Positions 37,430-46,765 of a stretch of DNA of 64,000 nt are shown here, one piece after another; positions within the stretch are counted from its first letter, which is position 1; each line of letters starts with the position of its first letter. A program made the position numbers and the translations under genes. Below the pieces are notes generated by a model. That model made no database searches. It had not been told where the DNA came from and saw only the letters and a list, made by a program, of their open reading frames with translations. The stretch is from Candidatus Levybacteria bacterium GW2011_GWA1_37_16 (GTDB taxonomy: Bacteria; Patescibacteriota; Microgenomatia; Levybacterales; UBA12049): positions 1,238-65,237 of the forward strand of contig CALRGR010000004.1 in the NCBI GenBank assembly GCA_943357985.1, in the 5' to 3' direction.

Positions 37430-38344
37430 TTAAGGAGTTTGATTTTCTTGAGTTGTTACATCTTTAATTACTTCGCCAATTTCTCCAGACATTAAAACCG
37501 GCAAGTTATGCCAGCTTTTATTGATTCTGTGATCCGTGAGTCTATCCTGCGGAAAGTTATAAGTTCTTATTTTTTCTGATCGCATTCCCCGTCCTACTTG
37601 TGTTGATTTAATGGAAGCAAGTTGGGATTGTTTTTTTTCTATTTCTATTTCCCAAAGCTTTGCACGAAGTAGCTTCATTGCATTTTCTCTGTTTTGTGCC
37701 TGGTGTCTTTCAGTTTGGGCTGTAACTACAATCCCTGTTGGTTTGTGCACTATTCTTACAGCAGTGGACACTTTATTTACGTTTTGCCCACCATGACCAC
37801 CGGCTCTGTATGCGCTAAACTCTATATCTTCCGTTGCAATGTGTAAATCTATATCATCAAGTTCCGGCAATATGGAAACAGTTGCGGTTGAGGTATGAAC
37901 TCTTCCTCTTTTTTCCGTCAAGGGTACTCTTTGTACACGGTGAACACCTGCCTCATATTTAAAAAGTCCGAATGGTCCGCCAACTGGCGGATCTACCTTA
38001 GGTCGTCCTGAGATTTTGATTACGCTTTCATCTACTTGCTCAACGGTAAGGCCAATAGTTTGTGCGTATCTGGAATACATTCTAAGAAGCTCATCTCCCC
38101 ATTGCTTTGCTTCTTCTCCGCCGGCTGCGCCTTTTATATCCATTATGACATCACGCTGGTCAAGAGAATCTTCTGCGGGTTTATAACTGGCAGCAATTTC
38201 ATCTTCAAGTTTTTTTCTTTGAACTTCAAGCTCGTCAATTTCTTCCTGAGCTAGTTTTCCCAAAAGGGGATCTAGGAGAAGCATTTTTGCCTCTTCAATC
38301 TTATTTTCAAGTTCCAAAAGTTGTACCTTCCTGTAATCATCCAT
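37430..38344 (-). CDS. prfA: peptide chain release factor 1 (short N-terminus)
   Basis: GGQ motif (GGQNVNK) and the PLT tripeptide (PxT type = RF1, not the SPF of RF2). Confidence 0.75.
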   Translation of the reverse strand: MDDYRKVQLLELENKIEEAKMLLLDPLLGKLAQEEIDELEVQRKKLEDEIAASYKPAEDSLDQRDVIMDIKGAAGGEEAKQWGDELLRMYSRYAQTIGLTVEQVDESVIKISGRPKVDPPVGGPFGLFKYEAGVHRVQRVPLTEKRGRVHTSTATVSILPELDDIDLHIATEDIEFSAYRAGGHGGQNVNKVSTAVRIVHKPTGIVVTAQTERHQAQNRENAMKLLRAKLWEIEIEKKQSQLASIKSTQVGRGMRSEKIRTYNFPQDRLTDHRINKSWHNLPVLMSGEIGEVIKDVTTQENQTP

Positions 38345-38362
38345 GAAGTTCGGATAGGATAT

Positions 38363-38659
38363 CTATTTAACGGCCATTAGCATTTCGCGAAGAGTCTTAG
38401 GGGCATTGTCTGCTGCTTTTCTTTCTTCAATTTTCTTTGTTTTTTTGACAACAAAAGTTTGTGCAACTTTTTGTTTGTTTTGGAATTTTTGAATTCTAGA
38501 CGCGCTATCAACAAATTTTTGCTCACCAGTATAAAATGGGTGACATTTGTTGCAAAGTTCCACGTGAATTACTTCCTTAGTTGAGCCTATGGTAAATTTA
38601 TTTCCACATGCGCAAATAACCTGCGCTTCAAAGAACTGAGGATGAATATTTGCCTTCAT
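38363..38659 (-). CDS. rpmE: 50S ribosomal protein L31 with basic C-terminal extension
   Basis: MKANIHPQF and the CxxC...CxxCHPFYTG zinc ribbon. Confidence 0.85.
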   Translation of the reverse strand: MKANIHPQFFEAQVICACGNKFTIGSTKEVIHVELCNKCHPFYTGEQKFVDSASRIQKFQNKQKVAQTFVVKKTKKIEERKAADNAPKTLREMLMAVK

Positions 38660-38701
38660 TATGATACAATTATACCCTGTTTTTGAATATTAATCAATGC
38701 T

Positions 38702-39646
38702 ATGATTAACTTAGAAAATAAGCCATTTAGGGGCGGCCAGCCAGGAGTTGCTATGCCTGTCGAGATTAGACAGAGGATAAGTGAAGCTTATCACAGAAAA
38801 AGTTCGGAAGAACAGGCCAAGCAAATAGTCGGCTTGCTTGCGCTTACGCCGGAACAACTGGAAATCCGAAGAAAAAATATTGACCAAACTGGTAAACCTA
38901 AAACAGATGAGTATCTTCGTAAAAGGAGTACTGTTTGGAATACTATAAAACCGCTAGTGTTAAGAGACGCAACAATCCCCGAAATGATATCCATAACGGA
39001 TTTAACGAGAGATCAGATCGCTAATGCTGTGCATCATAGTGATAGTCCTGAACGCAGTGACATTTTAAGAGAATATCTATCTCCTGAAAAAGAAAAAGAA
39101 AGAAGAAAGAAATCTCGAGAAGCATTTCTCAATAAAAAGCCCTTATCACAAGAGCAAGAAAATAGCGATAATTTTGCAACCAACTTGTTGAATGAAAGTT
39201 TAATTTTGGAGGACACTATTTATTGGAATAAGCTGCGGGAGATTTATAAAACTGCTGGTAGGGACTTGCCGGAAAGTATATCAGATCAGCTCAGGCTTGA
39301 GGTATTATTGCGCGCAAGACTTGATTGTGCAAATGGAGATTTAGACCTTCTTCTTAGATATAGCCAGCTGAGAGATAGCATAGATCCTAGATGGTTTGAT
39401 GTAAATTTAAGAGAAGAGGAAAAATTTGTTATAGACTCGTTAGAGATATCTGGCATTAATTCATCTACTCCTGACTGTGTTCATCATTGGATGCTTGGTG
39501 ATCCAATGGACGGAGTTGTTTTTGGAGACTGTATTAGATGTGGTGGGCACAAGGAATTTAGTAATAAAAACCCAGAGCATAGAGTAGCGAACGGTAAAGC
39601 TCAAATTTCATTGGGTTATGGTGGAAAAGCAAGAAAACTAGATTAA
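38702..39646 (+). CDS. hypothetical protein (314 aa) with C-terminal Cys/His cluster (CVHHW...CIRCGGH)
   Basis: ORF; putative zinc ribbon at the C-terminus. Confidence 0.5.
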   Translation: MINLENKPFRGGQPGVAMPVEIRQRISEAYHRKSSEEQAKQIVGLLALTPEQLEIRRKNIDQTGKPKTDEYLRKRSTVWNTIKPLVLRDATIPEMISITDLTRDQIANAVHHSDSPERSDILREYLSPEKEKERRKKSREAFLNKKPLSQEQENSDNFATNLLNESLILEDTIYWNKLREIYKTAGRDLPESISDQLRLEVLLRARLDCANGDLDLLLRYSQLRDSIDPRWFDVNLREEEKFVIDSLEISGINSSTPDCVHHWMLGDPMDGVVFGDCIRCGGHKEFSNKNPEHRVANGKAQISLGYGGKARKLD

Positions 39647-40834
39647 TTCGCTAGCAATGCCCTCAAGGCTGAGGTTTTTTTGTTCGCCTGATTCCATATT
39701 CTTTAAGGTTGCAGTATTGTTTTTTGCCTCTTCCGGCCCAATGATTAAAACATAAGGGATATTTTTTAAGCTTGCGTATTTTAGCTGCTTATCGAGCTTA
39801 TCTTGGCTATCTATCCAAAGCTCCGTGTTTATACCTTTTTCTCTAAGTATATTAGAGATTCTTATTGATTCTTTTCCCAATTCTTCCGAAAAAACGCTTA
39901 CTAAAACTTTTGTTCCGGACTCAGAAGCGGGAAGTAGGTTTTTTTCTTCTAAAACCTCCATAGTTCTGTCAAATCCCAGTCCAAAGCCAACAGCAGGAAT
40001 CTGCCTGCCGGTAAAATTTCTGATTAAATTATCATATCGACCTCCGCTGCAAATTGAACTTGTTGAACCTTCCGTGACCGTTTCAAAGATAATCCCGGTG
40101 TAATAATCAAGGCCTCTGGCAAGAGTGGGTTCGTATATAACTTTTGATGTATCGGCTCCCATTTCTTCTAGATTCTGCAAAATCATTTTAATATCTTTTG
40201 TTTGTGGTTTATTTGAAAGAACAGATAAAACTTTCTTAGCGTCTTTTTCATTCATTCCTTTCTCTACCATTTCTGATAGGACTGAGCTTTCTCCAATTTT
40301 CTCAAGTTTATCAATTGCGGAAACTATATTTTTGTCCAAAGTCTCAAAATTTTTCCTGTCATTTATTTTTATTTTTACTTCTAGCCCGAGAGTTTCATAA
40401 ATTGAAAGTACAAGTCTGATTATTTCGGCGTCTGCAACAAGCGAAGAAGAACCAACGGTATCTGCGTCACATTGTAAAAATTCCCTGTACCTTCCTTTTT
40501 GAGTGTTTTCACCTCTCCACACATTTTGAATTTGATATCTTTTAAATGGCAAGGGAAGAGTGTTTTGATATTGAGCAATAACTCTAGCAAGTGGCACAGT
40601 TTGATCATATCTAAGAGCCACTTCGTCTCCGCCGCGGGTTTTAAAATCATAAATTAGTTTTTCTTCTTCTCCATATTTGCCTGTGAGAATTTCTTTATAT
40701 TCAAGCGCCGGCGTTTCAAGAGGTTCAAAACCATAGGACTCAAACACCCCGCGGATTTTATCAATCACGTATTGGCGTTTTCTGGCCTCTTTAGGTAAAA
40801 AATCCCTAAATCCTTTTAAATTCTGCACTTTCAT
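39638..40834 (-). CDS. hisS: histidyl-tRNA synthetase
   Basis: Class II aaRS; HisRS motifs (GFRDFLP, RYDQTVPLAR, GGRYD). Confidence 0.9.
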   Translation of the reverse strand: MKVQNLKGFRDFLPKEARKRQYVIDKIRGVFESYGFEPLETPALEYKEILTGKYGEEEKLIYDFKTRGGDEVALRYDQTVPLARVIAQYQNTLPLPFKRYQIQNVWRGENTQKGRYREFLQCDADTVGSSSLVADAEIIRLVLSIYETLGLEVKIKINDRKNFETLDKNIVSAIDKLEKIGESSVLSEMVEKGMNEKDAKKVLSVLSNKPQTKDIKMILQNLEEMGADTSKVIYEPTLARGLDYYTGIIFETVTEGSTSSICSGGRYDNLIRNFTGRQIPAVGFGLGFDRTMEVLEEKNLLPASESGTKVLVSVFSEELGKESIRISNILREKGINTELWIDSQDKLDKQLKYASLKNIPYVLIIGPEEAKNNTATLKNMESGEQKNLSLEGIASELI

Positions 40835-40870
40835 AGCTATATGATATCTTTTTTTGAGGTTTTAATCAAA

Positions 40871-41338
40871 TTAGCTAGCCTTTTTATGACGAGTGGAGCG
40901 ATTGCCTACATAAAACTCTATTTGATTACGTATTCTTTCTGGAATCATTCTCTGTATGCTGTCAACGGACAGCGTCGTGCTTAGGTCTATTACGTAACGT
41001 TTCTGATCTGGTTGGCAATTACGTTCTATTGCCGCTAGATAGCGTACAGATTGATAAACCCTTCTTTTTCCGCCCGCCCGAAGATATACGCTTTCTATAG
41101 TTTCCGTAACAATGGCTACCCGTTGGTTCGAATCGACAGGAGGTTCTTTTTGTATGATTTGTAAGACATTCGGTTTCTGCCCAGCATAAATCCGGACAGT
41201 GGACTGCGGAGTTATCATCGCCAGATGTTCCATAAACTCTTCTAATGGGATGCCCGTATTTATATTTGCAGAATTAAAACTTAGAGCTCCAATAAAAGCC
41301 TCTGTGGCTCTGTTTGGCATTACTATTTCGCTTGTCAT
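40871..41338 (-). CDS. hypothetical protein (155 aa)
   Basis: ORF only. Confidence 0.4.
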   Translation of the reverse strand: MTSEIVMPNRATEAFIGALSFNSANINTGIPLEEFMEHLAMITPQSTVRIYAGQKPNVLQIIQKEPPVDSNQRVAIVTETIESVYLRAGGKRRVYQSVRYLAAIERNCQPDQKRYVIDLSTTLSVDSIQRMIPERIRNQIEFYVGNRSTRHKKAS

Positions 41339-41349
41339 AGTGGCCTATA

Positions 41350-42021
41350 TTATACCTCAATAAGGGTTTTTGGGGAATGGGTGAGGAGCTTTGGGCCTTT
41401 TTTTGTTAAAATTAGTACGTCTTCAATTCTGACTCCTCCAAAATTTTTAATATAAATTCCTGGTTCAATAGTAAAAATATCGCCAATCCTTAACGTATAA
41501 GCAGATGCAGGGCCTATTTTAAAGCCTTCATGAACTTTTTTTCCAACTCCATGTCCCAAAGTATGGGGAATAGGGTCAAACCCTTTTTTGAAAATATAAT
41601 CTCTGGCAATTCTATCTATCTCATATGCTTTGCAGTTTGGCTTTAGTGCTTTAATTGCTTTTTCCTGAGCTTCTAAAACAGTGCTATAAATTCTTCTTTG
41701 TTTCTTAGTTGCCTTTCCAAAAACAATAGTTCTAGACATATCTGAGCAATATCCGTTCACTCTTGCAGCAAAATCAAAAAGTATAAATTGATTTTTGTTT
41801 ATTAACTTTTTATTTGTTGGCTTGTGGTGAATTTCATAAGCACTTTCTCCAAACGCTACTATTGTATGGAAAGCAAGCCTTGCACCCTTTTTATTTATAA
41901 ATTTTCTAATTTCTCTTGATAGCTCTCTTTCTGTCACGCCAGTTCTAACCTTTTTCAAAATAAAATCAAAACACTCATCGGTTATCTCACACGCTCTGGT
42001 CGTTGAGGAAAGTTTATCCAT
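41350..42021 (-). CDS. M24-family metallopeptidase (Xaa-Pro/Met aminopeptidase-like catalytic domain only)
   Basis: Pita-bread fold motifs (HTLGHGVG, EPGIY). Confidence 0.75.
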   Translation of the reverse strand: MDKLSSTTRACEITDECFDFILKKVRTGVTERELSREIRKFINKKGARLAFHTIVAFGESAYEIHHKPTNKKLINKNQFILFDFAARVNGYCSDMSRTIVFGKATKKQRRIYSTVLEAQEKAIKALKPNCKAYEIDRIARDYIFKKGFDPIPHTLGHGVGKKVHEGFKIGPASAYTLRIGDIFTIEPGIYIKNFGGVRIEDVLILTKKGPKLLTHSPKTLIEV

Positions 42022-42806
42022 TATTTAACTATAGGGGTTAGTGTTTTTCCGTTTCTGGTTGAAGTTGGAGATGGAAGAATCTGACCGGAAGATTTAGAAC
42101 CTGGTATTTCTATTGCCGGGTTTGCTGGAAGTTCCAGTAGGAGAATAATATAGGAGGGTATAATTATAGAGGTATCTTTTTTATCCGGGTAACCAATTAC
42201 AACTACATTTTCTTTTTCTATAATTTTTGAAAATCCTGATTTTATTAATCCACCCAAAAGTGTATAGGATGAAGTTTTTGTTACAGTTGTTACGTCTATA
42301 GTCAGGCTTTTATTTTCATCCGTAACTACGGTAAAATTAAAATCCGGATTATTGATTGCAGTTACTGTGCCGTGTACAAAATGGGGAAGGATTGTCACGT
42401 CTACAAATCTTGCTAAAATTCTTCTTGAACTTTTATTGTACAAACCCAAAACTCCAATTGTGGATCCTTTCTCAATGTCTGAGATTCCAAAAGATCCTCT
42501 AGCTGCAGGATTTGTAAATTTTGTTAATTCATCAACATCTATGAATCTTGTATTGCCATTTATATCATCAACTGTGATTTGTGTCGTTGTTGCATCTGTA
42601 ACTTTTCCAATAATTCCTCTTTTTTCCGTAAGATTTAATTTTGCAGTATCCGATGCAACCAAATCCAAAAGTCTTTGCGCCTTTTGTTGCAAGTTAGTGC
42701 TGGTTGGCGTTGGGGTTGGAGTTGTGGTTACGGCACCAGCCTTAAATATAAAAAAATTTGAAAAGAGAATTGAGAAAATTAAAAATGTAATAAATTTCTT
42801 TTTCAT
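42021..42806 (-). CDS. secreted hypothetical protein with TPTPTPT linker
   Basis: Signal peptide, Thr/Pro linker. Confidence 0.5.
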   Translation of the reverse strand: MKKKFITFLIFSILFSNFFIFKAGAVTTTPTPTPTSTNLQQKAQRLLDLVASDTAKLNLTEKRGIIGKVTDATTTQITVDDINGNTRFIDVDELTKFTNPAARGSFGISDIEKGSTIGVLGLYNKSSRRILARFVDVTILPHFVHGTVTAINNPDFNFTVVTDENKSLTIDVTTVTKTSSYTLLGGLIKSGFSKIIEKENVVVIGYPDKKDTSIIIPSYIILLLELPANPAIEIPGSKSSGQILPSPTSTRNGKTLTPIVK

Positions 42807-42808
42807 GA

Positions 42809-43231
42809 TTAAAATTTTTCTGTTGAGAATGTGACGGTTTTTGTAATTTTTATCTGCTCACCGGTTCTAGCAATTGCAGTTATTTCTATTAAATTTTGTC
42901 CGTCGCCGATATTTATAGTAGCGGAAAAGTTACCGTCTGATGACGGCGCTATTACTTTTTCATCCAAAGAAGTAAGGATTATTATAGTTGCGTCAGGTTT
43001 TGTTTTACCGCTAACTTGTATAACTTTGCTTTCCACAACGGATTCATCAGTGGGCTTTGAAAGAGTAAGGGAAACTTTAGAAGGATTTGTTTTTTCTTGA
43101 ACAGTTGCTATGGTTGTTAGTTTTGGAGGGGTAACAATCTTTGTAGATTCGTAAATATAGAAAATAATCCCTGCGACCAAAAGTCCAATAATTGCTGCGA
43201 TAAAGGCTAAAACTATTTTTTCTTTTTTCAT
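42809..43231 (-). CDS. N-terminally membrane-anchored hypothetical protein
   Basis: One TM helix then a beta-rich body. Confidence 0.5.
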   Translation of the reverse strand: MKKEKIVLAFIAAIIGLLVAGIIFYIYESTKIVTPPKLTTIATVQEKTNPSKVSLTLSKPTDESVVESKVIQVSGKTKPDATIIILTSLDEKVIAPSSDGNFSATINIGDGQNLIEITAIARTGEQIKITKTVTFSTEKF

Positions 43232-43304
43232 GCTTTACGAGTTTGAATGATAGGGCAAAAAGATCCTCTTGTCAAGAAAACTGAGCTTATGATAGGATGT
43301 TGAC

Positions 43305-43826
43305 ATGGAAATAACACTTCTTAGCCCAGGTTCTATAAAAATTCGTTCAAAAATTGCAAGCTTTGTTGTTAATCCAAAATCAGATACTCTAAAAACGGAA
43401 GCTGACGCAGTGATAGGCTTGGAAGACGGGGTAGGTATTGATACGTCTAGCGTCTCAGAATTTAGAGTTGAAATATCAGGTCCCGGCGAATATGAAATTA
43501 AAGGAGTAAAAATATCCGGAGTAGTAGCCGCCGAGGCAGTTTTGTATAAATTGTCTTTAGATAAGATGGATGTTTTGCTTGCTAAGGCAACTTCTCTTTC
43601 AAAGGCAGAAAGCGTAACACCCGCGCACGTTGTAATTATTGATGCGGATGACATTCCAAGCGACAAAGCAATTACCACAATGCAGCCAAGCGTTGTTGTT
43701 TTATATGGACAGAAAGCCGTTGAAGCCGCAAAAACTATTAAAGAAATAGCTAGCGCGCCTGTTAATAAGTATGTAGTAACTTTTGAAAAACTCCCACAAG
43801 AAATGGAAGTAATTGTTTTAGGATGA
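43305..43826 (+). CDS. hypothetical protein (173 aa) upstream of dnaB
   Basis: Coherent composition; co-oriented with dnaB; the overlapping minus ORF 43235..43909 looks like an antisense artefact. Confidence 0.5.
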   Translation: MEITLLSPGSIKIRSKIASFVVNPKSDTLKTEADAVIGLEDGVGIDTSSVSEFRVEISGPGEYEIKGVKISGVVAAEAVLYKLSLDKMDVLLAKATSLSKAESVTPAHVVIIDADDIPSDKAITTMQPSVVVLYGQKAVEAAKTIKEIASAPVNKYVVTFEKLPQEMEVIVLG

Positions 43827-43835
43827 AAATAATTT

Positions 43836-45173
43836 ATGGCGAATTTGAAAGTTCCTCCAAATAATGAAGAAGCCGAGCAATCTGTGCTTGGTGCTATCTT
43901 AATAGACAAAGATGCAATAAGTGTGGCCTCAGAACTTATTAATCCTCTTGATTTTTACAATGAGTTAAACGGTCTTATTTTTGACGCAATGATTTCTTTG
44001 TATGAAGAGAGAAAGCCAATTGATATTTTAACTCTAACAGCCCAACTTAAAAAGCAAAAATTCTTTGACAAAATTGAGGGCAATTATCTTTCTGACCTTG
44101 TTGATATTGTTCCTACTGCGGCAAACCTAGAACATTACGCACTGCTTGTTAAAGAAGCTTCCACAAAAAGGGCATTGATTTCAATAGGCGGACAAATTGC
44201 GGAAATGGGCTTTATGGACGACAAAGAAGTGGGGGAGCTTGTAAATAGGGCCGAAGCTTTTGTTTTTGCTCTTTCTCAGGGAAACAGCCTTAGGGGATTT
44301 ATTCCAATTAAGCAAGCTCTTGCGGATAGCTTTGATAGAATCGATGAGCTTCATAAAAGAGGAGAGGGTTATCGCGGTGTTAAAACAGGATTTTTCGCAT
44401 TAGACAATATTCTTTCCGGTCTGCAAGATTCGAATCTCATAGTTCTGGCGGCAAGACCAGGTCAGGGAAAGACAGCCTTAATGGTTAACATTGCGCAAAA
44501 TATAGCCGTAAATGATAAATTGCCTGTTGGAATATTTTCTTTGGAAATGAGTCAGGAAGAATTAGTAGACAGACTTTTAGTGGGACAGGCAGATGTTGAT
44601 GCATGGAGGCTTAAGACAGGAAAACTTTCCGAAAGTGATTTTGCAAAATTATCAGAAGCAATGGGAAAGCTTGCAGAAGCACAAATATTTATTGATGACA
44701 CGCCGGGAATCTCAATATCGGAAATTAGAACAAGAGCAAGAAGGCTTCAATCCGAACATAAAATTAAACTTATAATTATTGATTATTTACAATTGGTAGA
44801 TTCCGGAAGGAGATATGAAAATAGAGTTCAGGAAGTATCGGCAGTTTCTCAGGCTATGAAAAACTTAGCAAGGGAGCTTAAGATTCCGGTTATTGCGGTT
44901 TCTCAGCTTTCGCGCGCGGTTGAGCATAGAGGTGAAAAAAAGCCACAACTTGCGGACTTAAGAGAAAGTGGTGCCATAGAGCAAGATGCGGACGTTGTCA
45001 TGTTTATTTATAGGCCGGAAGATGAGCTGGGTCCCACAATTGCGACAAAACTTTTAATCGCAAAGCATAGGAATGGTCCAACCGGTGAGATAGATTTACT
45101 TTTTAGAGGAGCTAGGATAAGATTTTATAATATAGAGAAAAAGCGAGTAGAAGGGGGAGGTGATAATAAATAA
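43836..45173 (+). CDS. dnaB: replicative DNA helicase DnaB
   Basis: DnaB N-domain, Walker A GKTAL, H2/H3/H4 motifs. Confidence 0.95.
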   Translation: MANLKVPPNNEEAEQSVLGAILIDKDAISVASELINPLDFYNELNGLIFDAMISLYEERKPIDILTLTAQLKKQKFFDKIEGNYLSDLVDIVPTAANLEHYALLVKEASTKRALISIGGQIAEMGFMDDKEVGELVNRAEAFVFALSQGNSLRGFIPIKQALADSFDRIDELHKRGEGYRGVKTGFFALDNILSGLQDSNLIVLAARPGQGKTALMVNIAQNIAVNDKLPVGIFSLEMSQEELVDRLLVGQADVDAWRLKTGKLSESDFAKLSEAMGKLAEAQIFIDDTPGISISEIRTRARRLQSEHKIKLIIIDYLQLVDSGRRYENRVQEVSAVSQAMKNLARELKIPVIAVSQLSRAVEHRGEKKPQLADLRESGAIEQDADVVMFIYRPEDELGPTIATKLLIAKHRNGPTGEIDLLFRGARIRFYNIEKKRVEGGGDNK

Positions 45174-45478
45174 TGGACGATCAGCAAAATCAAAATCAGG
45201 GAAACCCAGCACAAAATCCAAATCCAGCAGGAATGCCAGGAGCAGGAATGCCTCCAGTGCAAACACCGCCAACTGAACCAGCAGGACAACCTGGTGGGCA
45301 AATGCCGCCAGTGCCAGGAGGAATGCCTCCAGTACAGCCTGAACCAACATTACCAATATCAGTACCTATGTCTGAGCCAAGTCAGCAAGATGCAGGACAG
45401 CCAGGAGGAATGCCGACGCAAACACCAGCGCAACCAGTAGTAGAGCCAATAGTGCCAGGTGGAACACCAACTGTTTAA
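45173..45478 (+). CDS. Pro/Gln/Gly-rich low-complexity small protein (questionable)
   Basis: ORF with GC-rich codons; ATG overlaps the dnaB stop. Confidence 0.3.
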   Translation: MDDQQNQNQGNPAQNPNPAGMPGAGMPPVQTPPTEPAGQPGGQMPPVPGGMPPVQPEPTLPISVPMSEPSQQDAGQPGGMPTQTPAQPVVEPIVPGGTPTV

Positions 45479-45501
45479 GTTAGAATACTTAGAATAAAAA
45501 A

Positions 45502-45532
45502 GACAGTGGGATTTTATTCCCACTGTCTTTTT
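45502..45532. terminator. bidirectional intrinsic terminator (10-bp stem GACAGTGGGA/TCCCACTGTC, A-run before, T-run after)
   Basis: Perfect hairpin 45502-45527 flanked by AAAAA and TTTTT. Confidence 0.7.
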
Positions 45533-45663
45533 GGTGGGCGAAGAGGGAGTCGAACCCTCACAGTCTTGCGACTAGTAGTTTTTGAGACTACCGCTCCAAA
45601 CTTGTCTCCGCTATCGCTTCGCAAGTGAACTCCGTCGCTTTGCTCGTCCGTTCCATTCCGCCC
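45532..45663 (-). tRNA. tRNA-like gene, anticodon loop CUCAAAA (CAA, Leu) with long variable arm; canonical 3' two-thirds but a ~45-nt irregular 5' portion (132 nt in total)
   Basis: On the minus strand: GAGGG-TTCGACT-CCCTC T-arm, TTCGCCC-A-CCA 3' end, anticodon stem GTAGT/ACTAC. The only complementary 5' acceptor strand (GGGCGGA) lies at 45657-45663, 3 nt from the next tRNA. Confidence 0.35.
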
Positions 45664-45666
45664 TAG

Positions 45667-45750
45667 TGCCGGGAGAGAGACTCGAACTCTCAAGGGTTTA
45701 AAGCCCACGGGTTTTTGAGACCCGCGTGTATACCATTCCACCATCCCGGC
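45667..45750 (-). tRNA. tRNA-Leu(CAA), 84 nt, CCA not encoded
   Basis: Acceptor GCCGGGA/TCCCGGC, D-arm GTGG-AATGGTAT, anticodon stem CGGGT/ACCCG with loop CUCAAAA, long variable arm, T-arm GAGAG-TTCGAGT-CTCTC. Confidence 0.6.
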
Positions 45751-45759
45751 TCGTCTAGA

Positions 45760-45788
45760 TTGACCTTAGAGCTTCTATATTCTATAAT
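45760..45788 (+). promoter_or_regulatory. sigma70-like promoter TTGACC-17-TATAAT for the Nif3-family gene
   Basis: TTGACC 45760-45765, TATAAT 45783-45788, ATG 45796. Confidence 0.55.
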
Positions 45789-45795
45789 ATCCCGT

Positions 45796-46752
45796 ATGAC
45801 ACTTCAACAAATTTATGATCTTGCGCTAGATTTGGGAATTCAGGCAGATCCAAGGGGAGAGGCTGGCGTTAAAAAACTTCTTGTCAGGAACAAGAAAGAG
45901 CATGAGGAAATGACCGCAAAGCAAAAAAAATATTTTGACAATGAATCTTTAAAAAATCCATATTCCGATTCAAGAATATTAGTTGGAGATTCCAAATTGG
46001 AAGTCAAAAAAGTAATAGCAGGAATAGATGCAGATGCGTCAGAAGTTCTTCTAACAGATAGACTTAACCAAAAAGGAGAAAAAATTGACCTTTTAATTTC
46101 CCATCACCCGTCGGGTCATGCTTTGGCAAGTCTTCATGAAGTAATGGATGTTCAGGTTGATATGTTTGCTGCCGCCGGAGTCCCGGCAAATGTAGCGCAT
46201 GCTCTTTTTGAACAAAGAATGCAAGAGGTTAAAAGACGTGTCGGTCCTATAAATCATGGACAAACAGTAGATGCGGCAAAACTTTTAAACATTCCGCTTT
46301 TGGCACTTCATACCATATGGGATAACATGGGTAATGATTTCATGAAGAAGCATTTAGGTAAAAAAGTGTTTGATACTGCGGGAGAAGTGTTGGAGCGTGT
46401 AAAGGAAATTCCTGAGTTTGTTGAAGCGACAAAAGGAAAAGAAGCACCAAGTCTTGTATCGGGAACGGAAAAAAGCAGAGCAGGAAAAGTAGTTGTCGGA
46501 TTTACGGGAGGAACCAATCCCTCAAAAGAGCTTTATATAGAGCTTGCAAAAGCTGGAGTTGGAACGCTAATTGAAATGCATGTTCCGGAAGAAGCTTTAA
46601 AAGAACTTAAGAAACTCCATATTAATGTAATTGATTGTGGACATATGGCAGCAGATTCAATTGGAGCAAATATTTTTCTCGATGCTTTGGAGAAAAAAGG
46701 GGTAAAAGTTATTGCGTGTTCTGGCCTCATAAGAATTAAAAGAACAAAGTAG
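45796..46752 (+). CDS. Nif3-family dinuclear-metal-centre protein
   Basis: LISHHP and C-terminal GH motifs typical of NIF3/YqfO; start moved to ATG 45796 after the promoter (the track ORF ran back over the tRNA). Confidence 0.7.
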   Translation: MTLQQIYDLALDLGIQADPRGEAGVKKLLVRNKKEHEEMTAKQKKYFDNESLKNPYSDSRILVGDSKLEVKKVIAGIDADASEVLLTDRLNQKGEKIDLLISHHPSGHALASLHEVMDVQVDMFAAAGVPANVAHALFEQRMQEVKRRVGPINHGQTVDAAKLLNIPLLALHTIWDNMGNDFMKKHLGKKVFDTAGEVLERVKEIPEFVEATKGKEAPSLVSGTEKSRAGKVVVGFTGGTNPSKELYIELAKAGVGTLIEMHVPEEALKELKKLHINVIDCGHMAADSIGANIFLDALEKKGVKVIACSGLIRIKRTK

Positions 46753-46765
46753 TTTTCATTTTATT

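Noticed and set aside
43235-43909. 224-aa minus-strand ORF overlapping the 43305..43826 plus ORF
   Set aside because: It is Ser/Thr/Ala-rich and reads like the antisense of a real gene. The plus-strand ORF is co-oriented with dnaB and has normal composition.
45532-45663. Interpreting the long tRNA-like gene as a tRNA-Leu carrying a group I intron, or as tRNA-Sec
   Set aside because: The extra ~45 nt is far too short for a group I intron and is not in the anticodon loop. The anticodon is CAA, not UCA, and the acceptor is 7 bp, so it is not tRNA-Sec. It is left as an unresolved atypical tRNA-like gene.
45715-45795. N-terminal extension of the Nif3-family ORF (track start 45715)
   Set aside because: The extension would overlap the tRNA gene and the TTGACC-17-TATAAT promoter. 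The ATG at 45796 sits just downstream of the -10.
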